From the human T2T-CHM13v2.0 reference genome, Homo sapiens, in the NCBI RefSeq assembly GCF_009914755.1, contig NC_060931.1: DNA of 64,000 nucleotides; one strand, written 5' to 3'. The position numbers and the translations under genes are program-made. Below, in pieces: positions 1 through 13,410 of the stretch. The notes under the pieces were generated by a model. That model made no database searches. It worked only from the letters and a program-made list of their open reading frames with translations, and was not told where the DNA came from. Within the stretch, counting starts at the first letter, position 1, and the number at the start of each line of letters is the position of its first letter.

Positions 1-686
1 CAAAGCAAAATGCTGTCATTTAAGCAATCTTATTTCAGCTCTGTTTTAATGTGCTGCAGATCTTCTAGTTTAATTACACAAATAAAGAAAATTACAGTGG
101 TATTTTTGAGTGAAAATTAACCATACCTCTGGTACTATTTAATGTAATCAGAGTATGGTAGTAAGGGGAGACCATTTAATGTGTATATAAGCTCTGACAT
201 TGTCTCCATTTTATTTATTAAATTTTTTGATGCTAGTACATAACTATAGTTTGGATTTGTAAGTCAGCAACATGGTAGGACAAAGAATATAACTAGTCAT
301 TATAATGACCTTGATGGTCAAATCTGCCTTATCAATTTCAGTGTCCCCAGTAACTAGTTGCCTTGCATGTAAGTGCTCAGTAATTTGTGTGTTGAATACT
401 AATTTTAAAGGAAGTCTAGAAACTATTTTTATCTAAGTTTCTACAAATCAAAAAGACGAGTTTTCTGCTTTTTTTTTTCTGGCCATCAGAGAAAATCAAC
501 TTCTCAGGTAAAGTGAAGCATTCATCATTTACAGCCACTTTTGATTTTTCTATTTATGTAGTTCATCACTTTCTTTCCAGAAGCAAAATATTTCTAATCT
601 GTTGTGAAAATAGGGTTTTATCATTTTTGAAGCTTTAACAACATAAAATATATGTGCATTAATCACTGTGCTCTCTTCTCTTTTAG

Positions 687-824
687 AAAAAATTATGCAA
701 TGCAGAGGAAGCCAACCTATTTAAGACAACAGGAGAGAACAGCAACTCTGCTCCACATCATTACTTTTGACAAATATTCAGGAAGTCTTAAAGTATTTAG
801 CTCAAAAAAAGACATCTCTGTTAT
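687..824 (+). CDS. Candidate internal/penultimate exon of an unidentified + strand gene
   Basis: Acceptor ctctcttctcttttag (AG 685-686) and donor TAT|gtaagt (824/825). Length 138 bp. The phase-2 frame is open throughout (KNYAMQRKPTYLRQQERTATLLHIITFDKYSGSLKVFSSKKDISV). The phase-0 frame gives KKLCNAEEANLFKTTGENSNSAPHHYF* (TGA 768-770). Protein not recognised. Confidence 0.6.
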
Positions 825-1129
825 GTAAGTAAAACTATTTGTACCATTATTTTTCATTCACTTTCTATGTAGTATATTATTTGTACATAAAAGAGGCTAT
901 CTTTAAGGTTTTATGGATTTATAAAACGTAACAGTGTGTTCATAATTTGTTGATTCATTCCTTTTATCAATATCCATAAAAATTTATAATTAGGTGATAT
1001 TATTTCTCAGTAGGAATAGGCAGATTGTAGAAAAGGCTTAGGGATTTGTAAAATGATACAAATAAATTCTAAATACAGCATTAGCATTCATTATCTTGCA
1101 AATGTTGTTTTTGCTTTCAAGTATAACAC

Positions 1130-1815
1130 TAGATTGGATATTAGGAAATCTGGTTGCTATTTCTATCTTGCTTTGTAACCCTGGACAAGTATTCTACTTC
1201 TTAGGATCTCACCTCTTACTTAGAAAAAGAAGGGATTAAATAAGATGACCTTCAAAGATTCTTTTAGTTAATAATAATAATAATAATAGCTAGCACTTAC
1301 TATGTGCCAAATTCTGATTATTTATTCCCCACAACACTCTTTGTGGTGCTGTTATTACTATTTTACCTAAAAGAAAATTGAATCTAGAGAGGTTGAGTAA
1401 TTTGGTCAAGGTCCCATGGCTTAAAAGTGGCAGTGCTAGAAGGCGAACCCAGAAGCATGGAATAATCTGCTTCCATGCTTATAATCTGTGCTCTTAACTG
1501 CCACATCCTACTGACCCTTTTCATGAAGAATATTACATGTTTCTGCTTATGGTATTAATAGAAAGTTTTATTTTTCCCCATTGGTTCTCAGGGAAATTTA
1601 GAATTAACTTTAGAGCCAATTATTTTGACTTTATAATCCTAATTCTATCACTTACCCTCTCTGTGACCTTGGGCTAGGTGCTTACACTAAGATTCTCTTT
1701 CCTCATCTGTGAAATAAGAATACTCGCCACCCTCACAGTTAAACTAAAGATGCACAGTCTTTAGTTAAAGTCTTGAGTTAAAACTAAAGATGCACAGTCT
1801 AGCAGGCATTCAGCC
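1130..1815. mobile_element. Cluster of three degenerate MIR SINE fragments
   Basis: MIR core-like motifs: tgtaaccctggacaagt, agagaggttgagtaatttggtcaaggtc, ctgtgaccttgggc...cctcatctgtgaaat. Confidence 0.65.
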
Positions 1816-3821
1816 AATTTTGTTTTCTTTCCTAATGTTTAAGTACAGAGGCTGATGCTGAGGCCAGAACTTGAAATTAAGACCACATAGTAGGCATTTT
1901 TAGGATTCACATTCCTAGTAACTCAGATGACACTTAAAATCAGACCACTGCTGAACTGTGAGGAGTCATGAAATAAAATTAAAAAGCGAAAAGCCTGCAT
2001 GTTCCTTTAGGGTGTACCCAGTGCTCCAAAGCCTCAGAGGCCGGATTTTCTGGAAATTTGTTCATTTCAATCTTTAACCTCAGGGACACGCAAATAGTCA
2101 AGATTGTCTGGTAATGATACAACAGTTTTTAGAATCTCAGTTTTTGGTCTGCAACTTCATGCCCTCTGCCTTTTTAAAATGAATTTTTAAACAAGCACAG
2201 AATTTATTTTAGTCTTTCAAGGACATTTTGGGAACATATAATTTAACATGTTTCATATTATGAAGAAAAAAATTGCTGTGAGAAAAGTGATAATAAGGAC
2301 CTTGCCTAATTTTCTTATAATTACAGTTAATCAACATCAGTCCCTCTTCCACCTTATAGTTCTGTTTTAATTACAGATGTTAAAAAAAATAAAGGAATGA
2401 ACACTTGCATACATCTTCCTTTGAATTTTTGTGTGATGAAGGCTTAAACAAATATTTAAGAAGATGGGCTGAATGGAAAATAAATTGACGGTAGAATTAA
2501 GTTTGAGGAAGATTCAAGGATATGGATTAAACAGTCATTCTTCTTATTAAAATTTTGAATTTAGATAAGAATCACATCTCTTTGTTTTTCTACTAAGTTC
2601 TAAATTCTGTGGTCTGTTACTGAGAAAATTATTGTTAAATATTTTGGTGTTTAAGAAAAGGACCTCAAAAGCATCTGGAAATGAGGGAAATCTATGTCCC
2701 TTTGTTTAATTGATTGTATGAAACAAATGGACAAACCAAGTTTAAACAGTGCATTGAGAAAAGTTCTAGAATATTAATTTATTTCATTTAATAAAAACAG
2801 CTCTATTAAGTAAATGTTATTATAGAGCAGTCCTACATACCTAAAGAGTATCTTCAGATTTGAAAATGAAACCGTTAGTTTGATTCTAAAACCAGGAAAA
2901 GTTGTATAAAGCAAAGAAATAATATACTTCAATTTTTTTAAAGTAGACCGAACTGTTAGAATGCATGCTTAACGTTAAAGAATGATTTTACATTTTCATA
3001 TATGTCTGACATTTGAAAATATTGTAGGGTTAAAGAATTTACACTAAATTAAGTAGGATTTATAGTGAATCAAAATATCATAGGACATTCTGTTTTGTCT
3101 TGGTATGCATCTGGTAAAATGCACTTGAAGTTAAAATTCTCTGTTCACAAACTTTAATGACTTATAGTTAAGTAAAACAAGACACTACAGAACTGTACCA
3201 ACACAGTGATTCCAGCCTTGCTATTAACGAGCATGTTGGGACTTCAATGAAAATAATACTAGAAGAAAAACTGAATAATTTGCTTCATATTTTATGCATG
3301 CAGGAGAAAAGTATAAATAAAGAGAGCAAGCTATTCTAAGTATAATTCCATAACTACTACAGATGAATTATTATAGTATGTCAGATGTATCAATCTAGGT
3401 TGAAGTAGATTATTTTAATTAAAATGATTAAAACATCAAATTTAGCTCTGGTATTGTAAAAATGTACAAAATTATTACAATTCATGGAATATTTCCAAAC
3501 TTTAAAAGCACGTCAATGTGAAAGATGAACACTTTCTAAAAACATGGATCAGTCTGTGCTGTGCAGAATTCACATAAGCCAAAGCATTTATCAATTGACA
3601 TGTACCTTAAATCTTTCTTCCATTACTTCAATATTTTAAAGTGCCAGGCATTGTGGTGAGTGATTAAAAATGTCCACTATTTCACTGCTCCAGTGATTCA
3701 AACTTGTATGGTCATAGGGCACAGACCTACAGGTAGACCAAAATCATTAATTCATTTATTTAAATCAAAATCACAATAATTAGCTACACTTTGTTTTTAT
3801 TGAAATGCGTTCCCTTTTCAG

Positions 3822-3935
3822 GAATGTTGTATACTTTTCCCGTAGCACTAGAGGGTACAGATAACACCATATAGAAATTAATAATGGGAAGAATTCACCT
3901 ATTGGTAAAGAATAAATGAAGCATCGTTATCTTTT
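3822..3935 (+). other. Candidate terminal exon of the + strand gene with polyA signal
   Basis: AG-free pyrimidine-rich tract 3784-3819 ending ttcccttttcag (AG 3820-3821). AATAAA at 3911-3916. Spliced to 824 in phase 2 it reads MNVVYFSRSTRGYR* (TAA 3862-3864). The 3' end is an estimate. Confidence 0.5.
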
Positions 3936-4906
3936 GAGCAAAAAAAGAAAAACCACATTAAGCAACACTTCAGGATTATAGGACTACTAAAAATAAACCT
4001 TCGGATTTTCATAAACTCCTCACAAAGCTCAGAATATCAATTATGCGAAGTTAGACATGGATGACTCGGAGAATGCACAAACAGCTTTGTCTCATTTGGG
4101 AAAATATTAACTGAAAGGAAATTTTGGAAATGGTGGTCAACCAAGCAGAGACCACTTTGAAAACATTCTCTCTATTGGTAGAGTCCAAAAAGACAGCTTT
4201 CTAAAAGTCCTGGTTTTCTTGAAAATGTTTCAGACTGGTCAGAGATTGGTAGGAAGGTCTCTTAGAGGTCATGTAGCTCAGGATTCCAGGCAGTTCTGAA
4301 ATGTGTAAACAAGGAGAAGCCCAGACTCTGCTAAGCAGAAGCATGAGGGGGAAGGTGCAGTTTGCAATCTGGCTGTAAGCCCCACTCACACTGGGATCTC
4401 TGTTCCCATAGTGCTATTATTACTGGAGGACTAATCTGGGCAACATATAATGTCAGGTAGAATTTAATAAAACATTATTCACAAAGAAGGTATAGTAACC
4501 ATTGGTCTCAGATCCAAGACAACCTCATCCCAACAGATGAGGTTAAGAGTACAACTAATATGTTTAGATTCAAGGAAAATTCAGCTTAGATAAGCCAGTC
4601 TGCAAAGTATAAGCTATACCAAGAGTGCCTCATGCTAGCTGAGTTTTAGACTTTTGAGAGTCTAAAACTGGGAGCAGAGTGTTGCAAATTGTATAATAAT
4701 GCCAACTAAGTAATTTTGCTAAGCCCTTCCAGTATGCCAGGATTAGTATTTAGTATGCCAAGTGCCTTTACGTACTTTAACTTATTTCATCCTCTCATCT
4801 ACCCTGTGAGGTAGGTTCTCTTATCTCTATTTTAAAGTTGAGGAAACAAATACTTGGAGACTAGAAATGTGTTCCTCTGGAAAGGAGCTGCAAAAATAAC
4901 AGGAGG

Positions 4907-7170
4907 CCGATTTAGCTTACAGAGTTTGGGCTATGACTTGCAACAGTTTAGGGGGCAACAAACATAGTGGTCCTGGAAATGTCTTCTACCAACTGCCCCC
5001 CAGCTGCCTAGGACCTCCAGGTGGGGATGCGGCTCAGAGTCTAGGGAGCACTTCCACCCCCTCCTCTTCTCAGCCCTGGCAGGGTGGTTTCCCAACACCC
5101 TGAACACATTCACGATGAATGAGAGGAGCTGACACTGTCTGTGACCACTTTCTCTTCAGTCATGGAGGAAGCCTTGCTGTCTCTGGCTGTGGCATCTTCT
5201 CCCAGATCCCTTAATCAACAACTCCCAGAGCTTCCAGACCCAAGATACATTTTGGAACCCCAGGACAATCCTGAACTGGCACCCGCCCTGGTGTGTGCCC
5301 TTTGCTGCTGCTGCTTTGGAATCATCTCCTGCAGCTATGGCCACCACTGCTTCAAGGCAGTGATGTTTCTCTCAGGCCTGCTGTCTGGAGCTCTGGTGAT
5401 CTTCCTGCTCTTTCACAAGGAGCAGGTGCTGGAGATACAGCTGAGATTGGGGGTGAGCACGGGCATCACACTGGGCATTGGACTCTTCTGCAGCCTGGTC
5501 ACCATGTTGATTTGCAGTGTTGGGCTCTTCCTGATTAGTCTCCTTCTAGGTCTGAACCTGGATGCTGGGACTCTGCTGGGCACTGAGTCCATCTAACAAC
5601 CACTTTCACTGGGTGCTGGCAGGGGGTGGTGGTGGGGCTGGAACTGCTGGGAGCCCTGCTTATGCTTCAGTGGCCATGTCCATTCATAGTTCTGGGCACA
5701 GCCCTGCTGGGTGCTACGGTGCTGGTGGCTTGTGCTGACTTCTTCCTGGAGGGTCTGGCACTGGGCAGTTGGCTGGGTCAATGCTGGCAGGCACTTCCAG
5801 CCTTGCCTCCTTTCTGCTGGTATAGCTAGATTTTATTGAACTCCTGGCCAGCCTTGGGGGCTTCTAGGGCCCTGGCCCAGTGGAAGCTCATGGCTAAGGA
5901 ACATGGAGGCCATGCTAATGTGACCTTGAGCTACCAGCAAAGGGGTCTCCAACTCCTTTGGATCTATCAACAAGAGACCAAGTAGCACCAGACCGCCTCT
6001 GGGGTGGGGCTTTGTGAAAGTAGCTATAGGTGTCAGCTCCCTGCCAACACCCAGAGCCCTGCTGACAGTCTGGCTCCAAGTTATCTCCAGAGTCTTTGAG
6101 AGCACCAACTGGAACCAGTCCCTGAGGCCACAGTCCCCCACACTCATCTGGACCTGGGTTCTGATTGTGGTTCCACTGTTCCCCTCACAACACCCTCTAG
6201 TTCTATGCAGACCTAAGCCTAAACTTCCAATTTTGCCTCCACCCCTAGTTAGAGCCTGAGAATACTAGGTGGGCAGGGTTTGGGCCCATAGAACCCACAC
6301 ACAAACTTACCCACTTCTTGGATTGGGGACAGGATCTGTGCTTCAACTCAGACCAGCCCTGTAGGAATATGTTTCAGGACAGATAGAGAGGAATCTTGTG
6401 GGGAAGGGAAGTGTGAGTACCTACCTCTGTCCAATAAGAGAGGTGCCCTGGTCCCCAAAGAAACTCCCTCCAAATTCCTTTCAAATTCCCTCTAAATCAA
6501 GTAGGGCATTTACCCAAAAAGCCTTTTAAATGCTCACCTCGGTGTGCCTCACAATGGTAATATTAGAGGGTTTGTTTTTGAATGATCTACAGAAAATCAG
6601 GGTGCCTTAAAGGCATTTGATAGCTTACTCATGGGGAGAAGGGCACAGAGGAGCTCCAGGATACTCCAACTCCTAAGCCGCTCCTTAGTGAGTAGCTGGG
6701 TTTCTGACTGGCTTTTTCCCCTGGACCCAATAGGTGTAAGCCCCCTTCTCCTACCTCTGTTGGGATCACTATCTTTCATGGTGCTTCCCTTTCTCTCCTT
6801 CTCTACCTGAGGAATACCACAGGGCATTGGCCCACATGCCAGAGTCTTGCCCTTTTACCCAAAGCAGCCTGGCCTTCAGGGCTGCATGGGAGAAAAGTGC
6901 CTTCCATACCTCTCACTGTGGGTGATACTCATTTCCTCTTTAACCAGGACTTCGTTCCTGCCACTAACCCATTCAGATTCTTCCCCCTCTCACTCTCCTG
7001 CCCAAGATCTGTCCTCTGGTTCCCCAGGCAGCATAAAAGAAGACATATTCTTCCCCTGGGGAGCAAGGCTATGATGGGAGAGAGGAAAAACATGGGAGCA
7101 TGTGAATAAAATGGCATTGAATACTGAAACAAACAAACAAATAAACAAACAAAAAAACAAACAAAAACAA
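4907..7170 (+). pseudogene. TMEM198B: Processed (retrotransposed) pseudogene of TMEM198B
   Basis: Intronless CDS remnant from ATG 5162 to TAA 6216 matching the TMEM198 family (LEPQDNPELAPALVCALCCCCFGII..CFKAVMFLSGLLSGALVIFLL). Disabled by TAA 5594-5596, a frameshift near 5608, TAG 5827-5829, TAG 5983-5985 and TGA 6097-6099. AATAAA 7105-7110, A-rich tail 7127-7170, TSD core aacaggagg at 4898-4906 and 7171-7179. The symbol is that of the parent gene. Confidence 0.93.
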
Positions 7171-10100
7171 AACAGGAGGGGAGAGAGTAGGAAAATTAAG
7201 GAAAAATCACTAAGGTGTTAGAACTTTCTCTGCTGATCTTTGTGGCCTTGTAGCTACTAGTTTTATGGTTTCCATCACTTTCTAGTGGTGTTGGAGGTAT
7301 ACATTTTAAATTATAACTACATTTAAAGAAGTAAGTTCACTGCAACTGATCAGGACACAGTCAGAACCCACAGTCAACTCAATGGAGAGACGTTACTTGA
7401 AAGGCAACCCAGATAGTTGCAGGGCCTTTCACACAATGTGTTTGTCACTGCCACGACTTTTTGTTTTGTTTTGTTTTCCTAAATCAGATAGACAGATAGA
7501 AGATAGATAGAGTTCTACCTATTTTTATCAATCTCTGTCTATTGCTTTAAATACAACAACCACTGTGATTATCAAAACCCCCTTATTCTTTGTGAACTAA
7601 TTAGTTATACATATGATAAAACACAATTGTCAGATATACAAATATTTTAAGATATCAACACTTCCTATTTTGAAAGAGACAATTAACATATTTGAGAGAT
7701 TAATATTTTCTGCCTTTTGTAGGTAAAATGATGTCTTTATGTATAATCATGCCATATAGAAGCATATTAACATGTCATTTTAAAATTAAATTCTTTGTAG
7801 CAGATATTACAAACAATATCTAGGAAATAACCAGAAATAAAAATGTCCATACATACATTTACAGCATCCATCTTGCTTAAAGGATATAATTTTGTTTTGT
7901 CTACTGTACTTTGACAATAGTATTCATAGGAAGTATACAATAATAATATGTGAAATAGGTTATATGAAAAAAGGTTAATTCATAAAGCATAATTGTTTAG
8001 AGTATCTAGGAATTTAAAATATCACATGTATTATAGAGCCAGAACTTCAAACAATCATTAGTTAGAATGATTTTCTGTTGAGTTCTTATTCTGAAATTGC
8101 TAATAAATAACATGCTATGTTACGAATCTCTCAGCCCCCACAATAATCTACATCAGCAATCAGTATTAATAAGAATAGTGGACATGCATCTATATTCAGT
8201 AAGTCACGACTTCTGCAGTGTTTGCTCTCTAAAATTTAAACATTAATGAAGAAAAACAGAAAAGTATTTAGAAATGAAAAGCAAAAAAAGTTTCCAAATG
8301 TTTCCTATTTACAGCATTAATTTTTAGAAAAAACATGTTGATCTTGATCTTAGAATGTTCTCAGTTTCCAAAGCCTTGATATTTTATTGACCTTCAAAAA
8401 AGAAAATAAATACAAACACCAGTCAAGATTAAGTGATACTATCTTAAACAATTTCTGATGAAAGAAACTGACTATAATACTGGCATTCATAGAAAAGAAA
8501 CACAGTCGAAGTAGATCTTTATTTCTAGAATAAAAGAAATAGATTGGGTCACTGTGTTTAAGGAAACCACGTTATAACCCACAGCATGACTGAATATAGG
8601 ACTAAATACTAGACACATCACTGTGGGGTTTTGTCATCGGGTCTTACTCTATTAAAGAGATTACTCTTTACATCAATGAGTAATACTCATTCTCTAGGTC
8701 CAAAATCAAGAAGAAGAAAATCTAGCAAATTTCAATTTTGCTTGACAGTCCTCTCAAAAGAAGAAAAGGAGAAGAAATTTCCATGTTTAAATCTGCAACT
8801 CTGTCTATAACCCTCATGTTTAAATCTAGAGATGATTACAATGGGTATTATAAATGATGCTCAAGGTTATTTTACTCATTTTGTAGATTCCTTCAGTATT
8901 GGAAATCTGACAGTCAGGCTTGTTTAACTGTTCAAACAGTACAGAATAGCCAGAAGCTGTGATTTCTTCAGATTAGTAAAGAATAACCCAAAGGACTGGA
9001 AAGTCAAAGAACAGCTAAAGAAAGAGTCAAATCGCCAACACTGTACCTCATCAGGCTTGTTGACAATGCATCCTGGGAGACATGACTTTATCTTCAAAGT
9101 GACACCATGTGAGTTTTGCTCACTGAACCAGGCATCTTATGCAGGGCTCACAGCAGAGTAAGCTGCCAACTCAGAAAGGGCATAAATGCTGACTGCAATT
9201 ATGCTGACCCTCAGAAAGTTGTTTGCCTACCAAGGAAACTATTTGTTCCATCAGAAAATAAAAATAAGCAAACAAAAGTAAGTACCATCACTTTAATGTC
9301 CTCTCTTAAGGCTGCCCTGCTTTATTTTTAATTTTAGATACAAAAAATAAAGTCAAGCAAGCCCTCAGTCTTTTAATGAATTGCTAAGGAAGTTAAATGC
9401 GGAAACTAAGAGAAGCTGGAAAAGATCTATGACATTAATCACACCATGCCCTTCCATCTCTGTCCAAAAGGGGCATAAGTCATCTATTTTGACTTAAAAC
9501 AATCTTTAAGAAATGGAACCCCATCACTTCCCACAAGCCTAAAATAGGACCTAAGTGTATATACCTACCATTGCCATTTACTGGCTTAGAAATGTTGCAT
9601 ATGCCATCTAACCTCTTTGAATTTTATTTTTTAACTATAAAAAAACCTTGTCTCCTATGTTTATGTAACGTAACTAAGTATGAGCATGTGCATGAAAATA
9701 CTTGCAAATCATAAAAATGCAAATAAAATTATTAAGCTGGATCTCTTATTTAATTACTTATTTATCTATTTCAAATTGAGTGCATTCTGTTTTGTTCAGG
9801 ACCTTGATTTGTAGGACAATAGGTGAGCCTTGAAACCCTATTTAAGTGTTTGAAATCAACATATTAATATTTAAAAGAAATGTATTATTAATGAGCTACT
9901 AGGTCCCTACATTAAAAAAAAAGAACCTTTCTCTATGAAAATATCCTCTGCTGTTGTAGTTATAGTAACTTTCCTCTTTTTTTCCCCACCTAACGCCAAC
10001 ACTTCCCCCTACCCCTGCACACACAGGTGAGAAAAAACAAGTGCAATGTGCATTTGATTAAATAAGGAATATTTTAATGTTGTGTAAATACAAATAAATG

Positions 10101-11473
10101 GAATTTTTCTGAATTCTATTTTTACCCAAGTCAACTAATCTTTCAACATCAGTTTTATGATAATTTCAGATGCTTTCTCCAAAGCATCCTAATTTGTGCT
10201 AGGTAACTTAAAGGCCTATAGCACTCTTGCACAAGGGAGCAAGAGTACTATACCTCTCGAGGTAACTAGATGCAATATATATGGTAGTCTATAGATAAAA
10301 GGTTCTGAAAATGGAATGAAAAGTCTTATTAGAGACAGATAGCCTGAAGAGGAAATAGAGATGCAATCACAGAAAATGACCCAGTCTAGAAAACTTAGCT
10401 TTCCCTATGATCTGAGGATCTCCTTACCTACCCAGACATATCAGGGTAGTAGTTGAGAGTTAGGGGGAAGCACTGGCAGAAGGATCTCACCACACCTGCA
10501 TCCTCCTAGTGATACTTGGAAGCCTAGCTTGGGGAAACACCTTTTACTCCCTCTGGAACCAACAGCAAGAAGGAGGAGAAACTTCAGTGGCACTAACAAA
10601 CCAAGTAGACCATAATAATACCACAAAGACTCTGAAGTTTGAAGCATAGTCCACAAAAGTATGTCAAGACACATGGGCAAGACCTAAGCAGGCTGACTTT
10701 CAACTAAAATTAAAGGATCCAGAGTTTGCTAACCTAATAGACAAAATGCCAAGAATACAGTCAGAAATCACATGCACCAAGAACATAAAATTTCACACCT
10801 TGAATGAAAAGACAATCAACTGGTGTCAATACTGATGTTAATTAGTTCTTCAAATTATCTAATGAGGATTTTAAAGCAACAAAATAAAAATGCTTCAAGA
10901 ATTAACTACAAATCTCTTGAAACAAATGAAAACATTAAAAAATCTCCAAGAAAGTTGTACATAAAAATAGTGGAAAATATTAAACTAAAAAATACAATAA
11001 CAGAAATATAAAAACTCCCTGGATGGACTTAATAATAGAATGGACATAAAAGAGAATAGAATTAGGAAATATGAAGACAGAATAAGATAATTCATCCAAA
11101 ACTAAACAGTAGAGAGAAAATAAACTGTGAGAAAAATAGATCCTTAGAAACTTGTGAAACAATAAATGATCCAACTTTCATAACATCAGAGTCTCAGAAG
11201 GACAGAAGAGGAAGTGAGGCTGAATAAATATTTTAAAAAATAATGCCTGAAAATTCTCCACACTTGATAAAAGACAAAAACCTTCAGATACAAGAAACTG
11301 GGTAAATCCCAAATAGGATAAACTTAAAGAATCCATTCCAAGAAATCATTGCTAAACATTTGAAAATTAAAGACAAAGAAAAACCCTAAATCAGCCAGAG
11401 AAAAATAACACATTATGGGACGGAAAAGCCAATTCAAATGACAGCAGAGACCAAAAGGAAATGCTCAAGTGGG

Positions 11474-11475
<2 letters not shown>

Positions 11476-11520
<45 letters not shown>
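11476..11520 (+). repeat. (AC)22 microsatellite
   Basis: Uninterrupted AC run of 45 bp. Confidence 0.97.
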
Positions 11521-11524
<4 letters not shown>

Positions 11525-11650
11525 ACAAAAAAACTACCAACCACAAATTTTATATCCAATTAAACTATGTCTCAGGAAAGAAGGGCAAATAAAAACAATC
11601 TTAGATGAAGGAAAACTAAAATAATTTGTTGCTAGCTGACCAACCCTTAA

Positions 11651-12167
11651 CCCTTTTCCCATTTAGAAAAAAAAGAAAAGTGCAGCTCACTGTCAGCGCT
11701 CATTTAATTTTATATAAACATGCTCTTTGAGGCTGAAGCAAATCTGACTGATTTTCAAAGTGTAAATAAAATATAAAACACTGTTCTTGGAGTTATTTCC
11801 AAACAGAACTAACATCAGAATTGTCTGAGTCATCAGAATTATCCATTTCAAAAAAATTAAATTCATCAAATAAATCTTCAGCCAACAACTGCTCAAGAAC
11901 AATGTTAACATCACACAAGGTATTCTACATTTTCTAGGATATGACCTTTTCAGCAATCAAGAATCACTATATTTTGTAAGTGTAAATACCACTACCTAAA
12001 ACAGAATGTTATAAATAGAATGATGTCTTTTGTTTCCAAAGTCAACATACTAGAGCAACACAAAAATAATAATAAAAGTAAGGTATTTCATGGCAAGGTT
12101 ATCTTGGGGTAAACACTGCAGCTGCAAGTTCCTCTGACAACTATTCTTGGGACAAACAAAAAAGTGG
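11651..12167 (-). mobile_element. MER75 non-autonomous piggyBac element, full length
   Basis: TTAA at 11647-11650 and 12168-12171. Terminus cccttttcccattt. About 517 bp matching remembered MER75 consensus. L1 sequence is continuous across the TTAA. Confidence 0.9.
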
Positions 12168-13086
12168 TTAAAGATTGGCTAAAGTAGTTTCTTCAAATAG
12201 AAAGGAAATAATAAATGAAAGAAAACTAGAACATCAAAAAGGAAGAAGGAACAACAAAAGAAGCTGTAACATAGGTACGTACACTATATCAATTTTTCTC
12301 ATGAATTTATAAATTATACTTGATCACTGAAACAAAAATTATAACACTATATGACTCTGAAGACAACAATATTTAAAAGCGGGGTAGGAAAAGGAACCTA
12401 AGTGGAAGTGAAGTTTCCACACTTCACTGGAAATAGTAAAATACCAGTAGACTCTTATAAGTCACATATGTATATTGTAACACCCAGAGCAGCCACCCAA
12501 AAACTATGCAAAGAGATCAACTCAAAAATGCTATAAATAAATTGAGATTATATCCTTAAAATTGTTCAAGTAGCCAAAGGAAGGCAAGAGAAAAGAAACA
12601 GAGGAATTAGTAACAGGAAAGAAGAAGCAAACAAAAACAAATAGAAAAGAAGAAATAAGGTGGTAGATTTAAATGCTAACATATTATTAGTTATGTTAAA
12701 TATAAATACAAAATAAAAAATGAGGATTGGTAGTGTGGATAAACAAAGAAAAATCAACTATATGCTGCTTACAAGAAACTAATTTCAAATGGAAAAACAT
12801 AGATAGATGAAAGTAAAAAGATGGAAAAAGATAAATCATGCAAACTTTAATTTTAAAAATCAGGAATGGCTAATTAATATCCAGTGAAGTAGACTTCACA
12901 GAAAAGATAATTACTACATTCAAAGAGGGCCACTGCATAATAATTAAAGTACTTTTCTACTAGGAAGACTTAATGATTTTAAATATGTATGCATCACACA
13001 ATAGACCTTTAATGAATGTAATAGAAACTGATACAGCTGAAAAGAGAAATAGGTAAGTTCATAGCTACAGGTGGGAACTTCAATAC

Positions 13087-13410
13087 TGATACAGGAGTGC
13101 TGGGAAGGGAAGAGTGTGGTCCCTTTAAATGATATGGAAGGAGGGAAGGGAAGAGTGTGGTCCCTTTAAATGATATGCAAGGAGGGAAGGGAAGTGCTGG
13201 GTAGAGGAGGGCCCCCTACTGACATAGGTGAGGACAGGCACTTCTGCCTTCATGCCCAAATATCGTATTTTCCAAGGCTACCTTGGCCTGCCAAACCCCC
13301 ATCCTGGGCCTATAAAAACCCAAGACCTTAGCAAGGCAGAGACACAGGCAGCTGGATGTCATGAGGAACATATCTATGGAGGAAGACACAAGTGGCTGGT
13401 CGTGGAAAGA
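13087..13410 (+). mobile_element. 5' fragment of an ERV1 LTR (LTR28/MER52/LTR1 group)
   Basis: Starts TGATACAGGAGTGCTGGGAAGGGAAG. Contains a 41-bp tandem duplication (starts 13102 and 13143) and TATA-like cctataaaaacc. GC-rich island inside L1 ORF2; 3' part missing. Confidence 0.75.

Noticed and set aside
5156-7132. Overlapping alternative-frame and antisense ORFs across the retrocopy
   Set aside because: By-products of a GC-rich pseudogene sequence
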